From: Acidobacteriota bacterium
GTDB lineage: Bacteria; Acidobacteriota; Terriglobia; Versatilivoradales; Versatilivoraceae
Direction of reading: 5' to 3'
Length of the DNA: 64,000 bases
Assembly: GCA_028875575.1 (NCBI GenBank)
Contig: JAPPDF010000087.1
Location: 14,147-78,146 of the forward strand
The position numbers and the translations under genes are program-made. Below the pieces are notes generated by a model, which was not told the DNA's origin, searched no databases, and was given only the letters and a program-made list of their open reading frames with translations. Below are positions 28,730 through 38,565 of this stretch, piece by piece (the first letter of the stretch is position 1; each line of letters starts with the position of its first letter).

Positions 28730-29164
28730 CTACCAGGTGCTGTAGGCCGTACCCTCGGAGGAGATGGCCTCCGAATTGCTGCGAACATCGTAGATTCCCA
28801 GCTCGAGCTGGTCGGGGAACATGGAGGCCTCTTCCATCACGATCTGCCAGTCGGTCTCGTTGGTGATCGGATCCTTGGGGAGAGCGCGCAGGTAACCGGC
28901 AGTCACCAGGTCATCCAGTGTTTGGGGGGCCTTCCTCTTGTCGGCGGTGTAGTGGTCGATGAGGGTGCGCAGCGTGTGCAGATTGCTCTTCAGAACGGCT
29001 TCACGGGCGCGAAGGATGGCCGAGTCGGCAATGGGAAGGGCAATGCTCACCAGGATGGCCACGATGGTGAGCACAATCATCAACTCGATCAGAGTGAAGC
29101 CGTCTCTCCCCAGCCTCCCTCCCGGCTGACCCGCGGCCCCTTCACCGTCACTCCATCGATTCAT
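28730..29164 (-). CDS. prepilin-type N-terminal cleavage/methylation domain protein (T2SS pseudopilin / type IV pilin-like)
   Basis: GFTLIELMIVLTIVAIL class III signal motif, with a GspG-like C-terminal domain. Confidence 0.75.
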   Translation of the reverse strand: MNRWSDGEGAAGQPGGRLGRDGFTLIELMIVLTIVAILVSIALPIADSAILRAREAVLKSNLHTLRTLIDHYTADKRKAPQTLDDLVTAGYLRALPKDPITNETDWQIVMEEASMFPDQLELGIYDVRSNSEAISSEGTAYSTW

Positions 29165-29171
29165 TCCCGTC

Positions 29172-29666
29172 CTACCATTCCGAGTACCTGGAACCGTCCA
29201 GGGCCGTTCCGTTGCTCCTGCTGTAGACGTCGTAGACATTCTGGCCGCCGTGGCTGGTGGCATCCCAACTGTCCTGCGAGGAGCGCAACCCCCATTCCTT
29301 CTCGCCCGTCATGGGATCGGTGGGGACACGCCGCAGGAAACGAAGCCGCTTGTCGACCGCGTTGAGCTGGTCCACCCCTTCCACCAGCGTGTCCAGGTCG
29401 GGCGGCCAGCCATCGGTGCCGAACTTGATCTCGATCTGACCTCCCAGGGCGGCGTCGTGGTAGCGGTCGATGGCCGTTCTCATGTCTCTCAGAGCTCGCC
29501 GGAGCTCAACCTCCTTTTGTCGCTGAATCACCACCTTGGTCAAGGGCAGAGCGCCCAGGGCCAGGATGCTGACGATGGTGACGGTGGCGATCAGCTCCAC
29601 CAGCGTCAAACCCCTGTCGGAGCACCTGCGACTTCTGAAGGTGGCCTTGATTGAGCGGAAGGACAT
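29172..29666 (-). CDS. prepilin-type N-terminal cleavage/methylation domain protein (GspG-like pseudopilin)
   Basis: RGLTLVELIATVTIVSILA prepilin motif. An alternative GTG start at 29678 overlaps the secretin stop. Confidence 0.75.
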   Translation of the reverse strand: MSFRSIKATFRSRRCSDRGLTLVELIATVTIVSILALGALPLTKVVIQRQKEVELRRALRDMRTAIDRYHDAALGGQIEIKFGTDGWPPDLDTLVEGVDQLNAVDKRLRFLRRVPTDPMTGEKEWGLRSSQDSWDATSHGGQNVYDVYSRSNGTALDGSRYSEW

Positions 29667-29674
29667 GACCGTCC

Positions 29675-31930
29675 TCACTGAATGGTTACCTCGGTGCCGG
29701 CAAGGCTGGTGGGAATGACCGCCTGCCCGCTGTCGCGCAGGACGGAATCGGGCCCGAAGGAAATGGCGCCGTCTCCGGTCCCCACGGCCTCGAACCTGAG
29801 ATTCATCAACACGCCGGATCCGGTGACACCCGGGCTGTCGGGGGGCCGGGCCATCGAAATCACCGCTCGCCCCAGTGAGTTCTCCAGGCGTTCGGCCAGA
29901 GCCACCGAAATTCCGTCGCTGCTGAGGAATCCGCCGCCTTGAACATCCACCAACTGTACCCGTTCCGGATTGAATCTGAAATTGAGGGAAAGCCCGTGGA
30001 CCTGTTGTGCATTGGCGACCGAGACGCCAACCCTGAACCGACTGCCTCGCGAAACCGGTCCCGAGGGCCCGACCAGCCTGACGAAAGCCAGGCGGGGCGC
30101 CGGCCGATCGGTTGATTGAGGCGGCGCTTGCAGGGTCTCCCCGGGCCTGTCGGCCACGGTCGAGCCGCTGCCTGCCCTGGGCGGCGAGGTTTGACCGTTT
30201 CCTGCGTGGGGTGTCGGAATCTCTCCGATGAGTTGCTTGGGAGATCCCAGAAACTTGGGGGTATTGCTGGATCCCAGCAAGGCCAGGGAAGTGTCCTGCT
30301 CCAGGATGTCGGGCAGCCGAACAATTCGGGGAGTAATCACGACAATGATTTCGTTATCCGAAGTGTTGTTGTCCTCGGTGGAGAAGAGGTATCGCAGCAG
30401 CGGAATCTTGCTCAGCCCGGGGATTCCGTCCACCGTAACCGAGTCGGAACGCTGGATGATTCCGCCCACCACGCTGGATTCACCTTCCCGAAGCCGGATG
30501 TCGTGGTTGATCTCGCGATTGGCCAGGATGGGATAGCGGTTCCCGTCCAGGGTTTCAAAGCCGCTGATGGTCTTCAAGGCAACGTCAATTTCCAAGGAGA
30601 TGTCGCGGTTCAGCAATACCTGGGGAGTGATAGTCAGCGTGACCCCGACATCCACGGTGGTAAAGGTGGTGAAGGCGCCTCCCCCGAAACCCGTTCCCCC
30701 GCCGATTCCAGTGGAAAAACTTCCTGACGCGATGGGTTGCTGGGTGCCGACCTTGAAGGTGGCCTCCTCGCCGTCTGAAGCCCGCAAAGTGGGGTTCTGC
30801 AACACGCGGCCCTTGACCCGGGTGTAGAGCTGGCCGAGCTGGATGGAAGGGATGGTCGCGGAAAAACTGTCTCTGCCGAGCTCCCCCAGCTCACCGAGGC
30901 GGATGGCGTTGGACCCCTGTTCGTCCTGGGGGCCGTTGGGAGTGACGTTGATCGCACTGGGGAGGCCTGGTCTCAAGCCCAGAAACTGCCTCATGCTGCC
31001 CACCACTTCCAGGATGTACACCTCGATCATGACTTCGGGCTTGGACTTGTCGATGGTCCGGATGATCCGCTCGGCGGCTGCAATCTTGTCGGGGGTATCC
31101 CGCACCACGATGGCGTTCTGGGAATCGATCTGGGCGACCTTGTTCATCAGGAGCAGGGAGCGCAGGGCGGTGGCGATCTGGCCCAGGTCCGTTTTGTCCC
31201 CCACGTTGGACAGGTGGAAGGTCCTGACGATCTCTTCCTGGTATCGCTGGCGGGTCTGCTGGGTGTCCTCGGCGACCAGAATGGTGTTTTCCTTGAGGAC
31301 CGACCAGTAGGTCTTGCTCTGCAAGGCGAGTAGATCCAGGGCTTCGGTGAGGGTCACGTCGATGAAGTCGAGCTCGACTTCCGGAGGGCTGGGGTTGAAG
31401 TCGGGGGCGAAAATGACGTTGATGCCGCCGACCTTCCCCAGGGTCACATAGGCTTTGCGAACCTCTCCCGAGAGTTTGAACACCGGCAGGAATTGCCGGG
31501 AAGGGTATAGTGCTTCTTTCAGGCCATCCGACTCCCCCTGTTCCTCCTGTCTCTCCCGGTCTCGGATCAGTGCGGCCACCGTCTCGGCTTCCTGATGGGC
31601 CGCCACTATGGAGGGATCGATCTGCACGGCCCGGCGGAACTCCTGCAGGGCTTCCTCCAATCGACCCTCTTCCCTGAAGCGCCTGCCGCGGTCGAAATGG
31701 GCCATGGCCGCCTGGAAGCGGGCCCGCTCGAAATAGAGGCGGTACTTGGCGTTGTCGGGGTCGGCGCTCAGGGCCTCTTCGTAGCTCTGCAGAGCAGCGT
31801 CATAGTTCTTGAGCTGTTCGTACTCCAGGCCACGCTTGAAGGCGCTGGAGCCGCCGCAGGAAAGCAGGGCAAGGGCAAACACCAGCGGAGCCAGGATGCC
31901 GGCAGTGGAGAATTTGCGGCGCAAAACCAT
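29675..31930 (-). CDS. secretin (GspD/PilQ family) with N-terminal TPR domain and lipoprotein signal, plus a C-terminal extension
   Basis: Lipobox LLSCGGS, TPR repeats, Secretin_N and secretin core (VLQNPTLRASDGEEATFKVG...IPGLSKIPLLRYLF). A ~180-aa C-terminal extra domain follows the secretin core. Confidence 0.8.
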   Translation of the reverse strand: MVLRRKFSTAGILAPLVFALALLSCGGSSAFKRGLEYEQLKNYDAALQSYEEALSADPDNAKYRLYFERARFQAAMAHFDRGRRFREEGRLEEALQEFRRAVQIDPSIVAAHQEAETVAALIRDRERQEEQGESDGLKEALYPSRQFLPVFKLSGEVRKAYVTLGKVGGINVIFAPDFNPSPPEVELDFIDVTLTEALDLLALQSKTYWSVLKENTILVAEDTQQTRQRYQEEIVRTFHLSNVGDKTDLGQIATALRSLLLMNKVAQIDSQNAIVVRDTPDKIAAAERIIRTIDKSKPEVMIEVYILEVVGSMRQFLGLRPGLPSAINVTPNGPQDEQGSNAIRLGELGELGRDSFSATIPSIQLGQLYTRVKGRVLQNPTLRASDGEEATFKVGTQQPIASGSFSTGIGGGTGFGGGAFTTFTTVDVGVTLTITPQVLLNRDISLEIDVALKTISGFETLDGNRYPILANREINHDIRLREGESSVVGGIIQRSDSVTVDGIPGLSKIPLLRYLFSTEDNNTSDNEIIVVITPRIVRLPDILEQDTSLALLGSSNTPKFLGSPKQLIGEIPTPHAGNGQTSPPRAGSGSTVADRPGETLQAPPQSTDRPAPRLAFVRLVGPSGPVSRGSRFRVGVSVANAQQVHGLSLNFRFNPERVQLVDVQGGGFLSSDGISVALAERLENSLGRAVISMARPPDSPGVTGSGVLMNLRFEAVGTGDGAISFGPDSVLRDSGQAVIPTSLAGTEVTIQ

Positions 31931-32110
31931 GGTGAGTTGCCCGTTTTTGAGATCGGACCGGGCCAATTTCAGCCAATCGGCCGGCACATTGGGCGAATTT
32001 CTCGCCATTGATAGATCTGACAGGCTGGTCGACAGAACCTACCGGTAGATCCAAAATCAGTTTAACACAAATGGAAACCTATGAAAAAGAAAGGCTTTTT
32101 GCCACATTGG

Positions 32111-32893
32111 TCAACCCCTGCCGCATCCAATTCTCCGGGTTGGGAACGCCGGAGGTTGCCACGGATGCAGTCGGGAAGAGGTCGCGTTTTTCGCTTCGCG
32201 ATGGAGTTTGCGCAGCACCGGTTCAATGACCGTCCAGACGTTTTCGGCCACGATCTGCTGCCCCCGGCCGTTGGGATGGATTCCGTCCGGAAAATTGAGC
32301 TCGGGTCGCCCGCCCACCCCTTCCAGGAGAAAGGGGATCAACAGAGCCCCATGCTTTGCCGCCACCTCCGGAAAGAGATCTCTGAATTCCCGGACGTATC
32401 TCGTTCCATAGTTGGGTGGGATCTGAATGCCGGCTACCACTACCGTCACCTCGGGATAGCGGGCGGAGGTCTTTGAGATGATCGCCCCGAGATTCTTGCG
32501 GATCTGCGCCAACGGGAGGCCGCGCAGTCCGTCGTTGCCTCCCAGGGCCAGGATCAGGACATCGATCCTTCGTTGCAGAAACCAGTCCAGCCGCCGCAGC
32601 GCGGCGGCTGTAGTGTCTCCTCCCAGGCCCGCATTGATCACCCTGAACTTCCAATCCAGGGCGTCGATTTTCTCCTGCAGCCGGGCAGGGAAGGCTTGGG
32701 ACCGATCCAGTCCTGAGCCCTCGGTGAGGCTGTCGCCCAGGCACAGGATGGTCATGGCGGATGGATGAAGAAGTGGGGGTGGATCCGGGGCCTGTAGGGC
32801 AGGCTGCCGCGGGGAGGAGGGCTGTTCGGGAGAGCAGGCTGAAAACAGGGCGCCGGTCAGAAATGCGCAGAAGATGTTCGAAAGGCGTTTCAC
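32111..32893 (-). CDS. tesA: SGNH/GDSL hydrolase, TesA-like (acyl-CoA thioesterase I / arylesterase / lysophospholipase L1)
   Basis: ILCLGDSLTEG...GGNDGLRG...DGIHPN catalytic blocks closely resemble E. coli TesA. A GTG start at 32893 gives lipoprotein-like leader VKRLSNIFCAFLTGALFSACS; the ORF track extends it to 33061. Confidence 0.8.
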   Translation of the reverse strand: MKRLSNIFCAFLTGALFSACSPEQPSSPRQPALQAPDPPPLLHPSAMTILCLGDSLTEGSGLDRSQAFPARLQEKIDALDWKFRVINAGLGGDTTAAALRRLDWFLQRRIDVLILALGGNDGLRGLPLAQIRKNLGAIISKTSARYPEVTVVVAGIQIPPNYGTRYVREFRDLFPEVAAKHGALLIPFLLEGVGGRPELNFPDGIHPNGRGQQIVAENVWTVIEPVLRKLHREAKNATSSRLHPWQPPAFPTRRIGCGRG

Positions 32894-33307
32894 CTGTTTG
32901 CCTCTAGTCTGGAACACCCCTGTTTGCCCCTTGTGAGCCGCCTCGTCGTAGGGGACGGCGGCACAAGCAGCTGAAAAGTGAATAGTGGAGAGTGAAGAGT
33001 GAAGAGCTATTTGATCGACACCCAAAGCGTCTTGTCGGTCTCGGCGCAGTCCTTCAAACAAGCGCAGTCAGGTCATCAGGCGCTTGCCTGTTTCCGAGCC
33101 CCTCGGCTGACCACTCTCCACTCTCCACTCTCCACTCTCCACCTACCTCCAGGTGGGCGTTACTATTATGAACGAGGCGGAACTGTGCAACAATAAGGCC
33201 CAGCGGATAGCCGTTCGGTTCCGCTTCTCGCGTTGAACCGGACGGTCCGATTTCACCCTGGAATACTCACGCTCGAAGGATTCCCGTCCATTTCCGGAGG
33301 TCGCTTC

Positions 33308-34093
33308 TTGAATTCCACCGCAGTCCCTGACCCTCCGGTGTTGCAAGTGGACCGACTCACCAAGTGCTATCGGAGCGGCGAGCGCCTGCTCACCGTGGTC
33401 GACGACATCACCCTTTCGCTGGGCCCCGGAGAAACCTGCTCGGTGCTGGGACCTTCCGGCAGCGGCAAGACCACCTTGCTTGGTCTGTGCGCGGGCCTGG
33501 ACCGTCCCACCTCGGGATCGGTTGTGCTCAACGGTCAGAATCTGGGCGACCTCGACCAGGACCGACTGGCGGAGCTGAGAAACCGGTCGGTGGGGTTCGT
33601 GTTTCAGACCTTTCAGCTGGTCCCGACCCTGACGGCGCTGGAAAACGTCATGGTGCCGTTGGAATTGCGGGGAGAACCCGGCAGAACCTGGGCCTGGGAG
33701 CTGCTGAGCCGGGTGGGACTGGAGGATCGCGCCCACCATTACCCGGTGCAACTGTCGGGTGGGGAGCAACAGAGAGTCGGTCTGGCCCGGGCTTTCGTCA
33801 ATCGCCCCAGGATACTGTTCGCCGACGAACCGACCGGAAACCTGGACGCCGATACCGGCGAGAAGGTGATCGACTTGCTTCTGGAGATGAACCGGGGCTT
33901 CGGCACCGCTCTTCTGGTGGTGACCCACGACCTGGAGCTCTCCGGGAAGACCCGACGGATTCTGACCCTCAAGGGTGGGAAGATCACTTCCGATCGGGAC
34001 TCCGACTCCATCCGGCCACCGGAACAAATCCCGCAACAGACCCTGTCAGGTGATCTCCGGGATTCGTCCCGTACCGAATCGGAGCCGTCCTGA
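33308..34093 (+). CDS. ybbA: ABC transporter ATP-binding protein (YbbA / LolD / MacB-type)
   Basis: Walker A GPSGSGKTTL, signature LSGGEQQRV and Walker B ILFADEPT. It is divergent from tesA, as in E. coli tesA-ybbA-ybbP. The start (TTG 33308 or GTG 33338) is uncertain. Confidence 0.8.
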   Translation: MNSTAVPDPPVLQVDRLTKCYRSGERLLTVVDDITLSLGPGETCSVLGPSGSGKTTLLGLCAGLDRPTSGSVVLNGQNLGDLDQDRLAELRNRSVGFVFQTFQLVPTLTALENVMVPLELRGEPGRTWAWELLSRVGLEDRAHHYPVQLSGGEQQRVGLARAFVNRPRILFADEPTGNLDADTGEKVIDLLLEMNRGFGTALLVVTHDLELSGKTRRILTLKGGKITSDRDSDSIRPPEQIPQQTLSGDLRDSSRTESEPS

Positions 34094-34103
34094 GGCGCCT
34101 CCC

Positions 34104-36650
34104 ATGAGATCTATTTTCACCTCCTGGCCCTGGAAAATGGCTTGGCGGGACAGCAGGTCCAGCCGCGGACAGTTGTTGCTGTTCGCCGCCTCCATCGTTT
34201 TGGGCGTGGCCGCCCTGGTGGCCATCAGCGGCTTCCGCGCCAACCTGAAAACGGCTCTGGACCTCCAGGCCAAGTCCTTGCTGGGGGCCGACCTGCTGCT
34301 TAGCGGCCGGCAGCCTCTCACCGGCGAGGCTGAAGCTCTGGTGGACGGACTGGGTGGAACTCAGGCCCGCGAGGTACGATTCTCCTCGATGGTGCATTTC
34401 CCCGCAAGAGACGGTAGCCGGCTGGCCCAGGTGCGGGCCGGCGAGACGGCCTTTCCATTCTACGGCACCGTGGAGGTGGACCCGCCCCATGCGTCCGCCC
34501 GACTCGATCAGGGTCCCTTTGCCCTGGTCGAAGAGAGCCTGATGGATCAGTTCCAGGCTCGCCTGGGAGAAGTCATCCGGATCGGGAATCGGTCGTTTCG
34601 TATCGCCGGACGGCTCAGGCAAATGCCGGGCGAGTTTCTGGGGAGCAACCTGGTGGGTGGACGGGTCTACATTCCCCTCGCCTACCTGGAAGAGACCGGT
34701 CTGTTGGGGTGGGGAAGCGCGGCTTCCTACCGGGTCTATTTCAAGTTCGAAGACGGGGTTGACCTGGCGGCCTTGCTTCGGGGGATCCAGCCGCAACTGC
34801 TGGAGTATCGCCTGCGGGCCGAAACGGTGGCCGAGCGCAAGGCCCGCTTGGGACGAATCCTGGAGAATTCGGCCGATTTCCTGAACCTGGTCGGGTTCAT
34901 CGCTCTGCTGCTGGGGGGACTGGGTGTGGCCAGTTCTGTCCACGTCTACGTCAAACGCAAGGTGCCTACGGCCGCCCTGTTGCGCTGCCTGGGAGCCAAG
35001 GCGCCTCAGACGCTATCCGTCTACCTCTGTCAGGCCCTGGGAATGAGTCTGGCCGGCATCCTTGGCGGCATCCTGCTGGGAGTAGGTCTGCAATATTTTC
35101 TGCCGGGCATCCTGCGGGACTTCTTGCCGGTGGACATTCCCTTCAACCTGTCCTGGAGCGCATTGGCCGGGGCCGGGCTCATCGGACTGATCCTGGCCTG
35201 GTTGTTCTCGATTCAGCCGCTGTTGTTCCTTCGCAGAGTCTCCCCCCTGGCGGCCGTGCGGATGGACTACGAGGCCGGCCGGCAGCCCTTTGACTGGGCC
35301 CAGTGGCTGGTTCGCCTGGCCATTGTGGCCGCCATCCTGGGTTTTGCGCTGGTCCACACCCGGCGCTGGATGGATGCCGTGGCCTTTGTGCTCGGTCTGT
35401 TGATCTCGTTGGCACTGCTGGCGGCGTCTGCACGGCTGGGCATGATGCTGATTCGAAAGTTCTTTCCGGGCTCCTGGCCCTACCCCTGGCGCCAGGGATT
35501 GGCCAACCTCCACCGCCCCCACAACCAGACCGTGGTCCTGGTGCTGTCCATCGGCTTCGCCACCTTCCTGATGATGCTCCTCTACCTGGTGCACCAGGGA
35601 CTGCTCGGCCAGATCCTGAGAGCAGCCGGCAGCGGTCAGCCCGACATGGTGCTGTTCGATGTTCAGGGTGACCAGAAGGCGGAGCTTTCCGACCTGCTGC
35701 GTGGATTTGGGGCGCCCGTGCTTCAGGATGTGCCGGTGGTGGCCATGCGACTGCAATCGATCCGGGGGAAGAGCGTTGCCCAACAATTGAAAGACCCCGG
35801 AAACACCATCCCGGCCTGGGCCCTGAGGCGGGAGTACCGGTCCACCTACCGGGGAGGGCTGCTGGAGAACGAGGAATTGCTTCGGGGAAGGTGGCCGGTT
35901 GGGAACGGGGAGGGTGACGGTCCCCCTCTCGTCTCCCTGGACGAAGGGATTGCGCGCCGCCTGCAAGCCGGCTTGGGAGACGAGCTGGTTTTCGACGTCC
36001 AGGGAATGCTGGTCACGACCCGGGTGGGCAGCATCCGTAGAGTGAACTGGCGCAAGGTCCAACCCAATTTCTTCGTGGTCTTTCCTCCCGGAGTGCTGGA
36101 GGAAGCCCCCCAGTTTCATGTCCTGGTGACCCGGACCGAAACGGGGCCCAGGGCCGCGGCCATTCAGCGAGCAGCGGTCAAGCGTTTTCCCAACGTTTCG
36201 GTCATCGACCTGGCGCTGATTCTGGAGACCATTGACGAACTCCTGCAAAAGGTCTCGTTCGTCCTTCGGTTCATGGCCTTGTTCAGCATCGTCGCCGGCC
36301 TGACCGTCCTGGTTGCGGTGGTGGGGAACAGCAGGTATCAGCGCCTGAGGGAAGGCGCCCTCCTCAGGATACTGGGAGCATCCAGACGCCAGGTATTTCT
36401 GATCCTCGGGGTGGAGTACCTCTGCCTGGCGGGCGTGGCCGCGTTGGGAGGAGTGCTGCTGGCCTGGCTGGGAAGCTGGGTCCTGGCCCGCCTGGTCTTC
36501 CAGTCCCCCTTTGTGCCGGCTTTTCTCCCTAGTCTGGGAGTGTGCCTGCTGGTAACGGCCGTAACCGTGCTCGTCGGCTTGCTGGCCAGTCGCGGTCTCA
36601 ACAGGCTGCCCCCGCTGGAAGCGCTGCGAGCCGGCGCCCATCGGCTATAA
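34104..36650 (+). CDS. ybbP: ABC transporter permease with two FtsX-like domains (YbbP family)
   Basis: ~848 aa with two 4-TM FtsX-like modules and large periplasmic loops. ATG at 34104 immediately follows the ATPase stop. Confidence 0.8.
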   Translation: MRSIFTSWPWKMAWRDSRSSRGQLLLFAASIVLGVAALVAISGFRANLKTALDLQAKSLLGADLLLSGRQPLTGEAEALVDGLGGTQAREVRFSSMVHFPARDGSRLAQVRAGETAFPFYGTVEVDPPHASARLDQGPFALVEESLMDQFQARLGEVIRIGNRSFRIAGRLRQMPGEFLGSNLVGGRVYIPLAYLEETGLLGWGSAASYRVYFKFEDGVDLAALLRGIQPQLLEYRLRAETVAERKARLGRILENSADFLNLVGFIALLLGGLGVASSVHVYVKRKVPTAALLRCLGAKAPQTLSVYLCQALGMSLAGILGGILLGVGLQYFLPGILRDFLPVDIPFNLSWSALAGAGLIGLILAWLFSIQPLLFLRRVSPLAAVRMDYEAGRQPFDWAQWLVRLAIVAAILGFALVHTRRWMDAVAFVLGLLISLALLAASARLGMMLIRKFFPGSWPYPWRQGLANLHRPHNQTVVLVLSIGFATFLMMLLYLVHQGLLGQILRAAGSGQPDMVLFDVQGDQKAELSDLLRGFGAPVLQDVPVVAMRLQSIRGKSVAQQLKDPGNTIPAWALRREYRSTYRGGLLENEELLRGRWPVGNGEGDGPPLVSLDEGIARRLQAGLGDELVFDVQGMLVTTRVGSIRRVNWRKVQPNFFVVFPPGVLEEAPQFHVLVTRTETGPRAAAIQRAAVKRFPNVSVIDLALILETIDELLQKVSFVLRFMALFSIVAGLTVLVAVVGNSRYQRLREGALLRILGASRRQVFLILGVEYLCLAGVAALGGVLLAWLGSWVLARLVFQSPFVPAFLPSLGVCLLVTAVTVLVGLLASRGLNRLPPLEALRAGAHRL

Positions 36651-36758
36651 TGGCCCGCAACTTTCCTACGGCGTCCCATTGACGCGGATGCGCGTTCCGG
36701 GAATCGGCTCCGCCACGCCGGTCAGCGAGTCCGCGTCCCTGCTGCGAGGAGACCAGCC

Positions 36759-38477
36759 ATGAACACCAGCCAACAGAGTCTGAGCTACGCTCGCGGACCC
36801 GGGGACGTTCCCTTGCTCGATTCCACCATTGGAGCCGTTCTGGAGCGGACGGCAGCCAGGTATCCAAAGCGGGAGGCCCTGGTAGTGGTTGCCGAGGGAG
36901 TCCGCTTGGGATGGGGAGAGTTTCTGGAAGAGGTGGATCGGGTCGCCCGTGGACTGACGGCCATGGGAGTGGGGAAGGGACACCGGGTCGCCATCTGGGC
37001 GACCAACCGCTCCCAATGGGTCCTGACCCAATTTGCCACGGCGCGGATCGGCGCCATCATGGTCAACATCAACCCCGGTTACGGGTCGCGTGAGCTTCAC
37101 TATGCCCTGGAACAGTCGGAGACTCAGACTCTCATCACGATTCATGGTTTCAGGTCGGCGAACTACCTGGAGATGATTGCCGAAATCTGTCCGGAAGCGG
37201 TCGAAGCCGGGCAAAGAGACTGGCGGTCTGACGGTCTCCCTCACCTCAGAAACCTGGTTCTGGCCGGGGAGGGGAAGCCCCTGGGGGCCATGGGGCGATG
37301 GGATGAGATGGTTTCCGATGGGCAGGCTGTCGATTCAGAGAGAGTGGAGGGGAAGACGGAAACTTCCTTGAGTTCTCACGACCCCATCAACATCCAGTAC
37401 ACCTCCGGAACCACGGGTTATCCCAAGGGGGCCGTGCTCACCCACCACAACATCGTCAACAACGCCTATCTGGTGGGTCAACGGATGGAGCTCACCTGCC
37501 GGGACCGTGTCTGCATTCCGGTGCCCTTCTACCACTGCTTCGGCATGGTGCTGGGAAACATGGCCTGTGCCGTTCACGGAGCAACCATGGTCATTCCCGC
37601 CGAGTCCTACGATCCCTGGACCACGCTGAAGGCGGTAGAGAAAGAGCGATGCACGGCTGTCTACGGAGTGCCGACCATGTTCATTCGAGAACTGGAGCAC
37701 CCCGAATTCTCCCAGTTCGATCTGGGCTCCTTGCGGACCGGAATCATGGCCGGCTCACCCTGTCCCATCGAAGTGATGAAGCAGGTGGTCGATAAAATGC
37801 ACTGTCGGGAGATGACCATTGCCTATGGACTTACCGAGAGTTCCCCGGTCATCACCCAGACCGGGGTGAGCGACCCGCTCCAAACTCGAGTCACCACGGT
37901 GGGCCGGCCCCTGCCCCATACCGAAGTCAAGATCGTGGATCCCGAGTCAGGCGAGGTGGCGCGCCGGGGAACTCCCGGAGAGCTGTGCACTCGCGGCTAC
38001 CTGGTGATGAGCGGCTACTACAGGAATCCGAGAGCGACACGGGATGCCATCGACTCCGAGGGCTGGCTGCACACCGGGGATCTGGCGACCCTGGACGAAG
38101 AGGACTACTGCAGGATCACCGGAAGGGTGAAGGACATGATCATCCGTGGCGGTGAGAACGTCTATCCCCGTGAGATCGAGGAGTTTCTCTATACCCATCC
38201 CGCGGTGAGCGACGTCCAGGTGGTGGGCGTGCCCGATGCCAGGATGGGCGAAGAAGTCCTGGCCTGGATCCAACTGAAGGAGCCGGGGATGACCACAGAC
38301 CGCGACATCAAGGACTTCTGTCGCGGCAAGATCGCCAAATTCAAGATTCCGCGGTATATCAAGTTCGTGGACAGCTATCCCATGACCATCACGGGAAAAA
38401 TCCAGAAATACAAGATCCGGGAAATCGCGATCCGGGAACTGGGGTTGGAAGCGATCTCCAAGACGCCGACTGCTTGA
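36759..38477 (+). CDS. AMP-dependent acyl-CoA synthetase / fatty-acid-CoA ligase
   Basis: AMP-binding motifs YTSGTTGYPKGA, ...GYGLTE and ...RGGENVYP...ITGKIQK. Confidence 0.9.
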   Translation: MNTSQQSLSYARGPGDVPLLDSTIGAVLERTAARYPKREALVVVAEGVRLGWGEFLEEVDRVARGLTAMGVGKGHRVAIWATNRSQWVLTQFATARIGAIMVNINPGYGSRELHYALEQSETQTLITIHGFRSANYLEMIAEICPEAVEAGQRDWRSDGLPHLRNLVLAGEGKPLGAMGRWDEMVSDGQAVDSERVEGKTETSLSSHDPINIQYTSGTTGYPKGAVLTHHNIVNNAYLVGQRMELTCRDRVCIPVPFYHCFGMVLGNMACAVHGATMVIPAESYDPWTTLKAVEKERCTAVYGVPTMFIRELEHPEFSQFDLGSLRTGIMAGSPCPIEVMKQVVDKMHCREMTIAYGLTESSPVITQTGVSDPLQTRVTTVGRPLPHTEVKIVDPESGEVARRGTPGELCTRGYLVMSGYYRNPRATRDAIDSEGWLHTGDLATLDEEDYCRITGRVKDMIIRGGENVYPREIEEFLYTHPAVSDVQVVGVPDARMGEEVLAWIQLKEPGMTTDRDIKDFCRGKIAKFKIPRYIKFVDSYPMTITGKIQKYKIREIAIRELGLEAISKTPTA

Positions 38478-38565
38478 TCCTCTAAGGATGTTCCCGGAAT
38501 GTACCCGTCAGGCGATGGCTGATGCGATGGGGGGCGTCGGATCGGCGCAGGCGATCGGTATTTGT

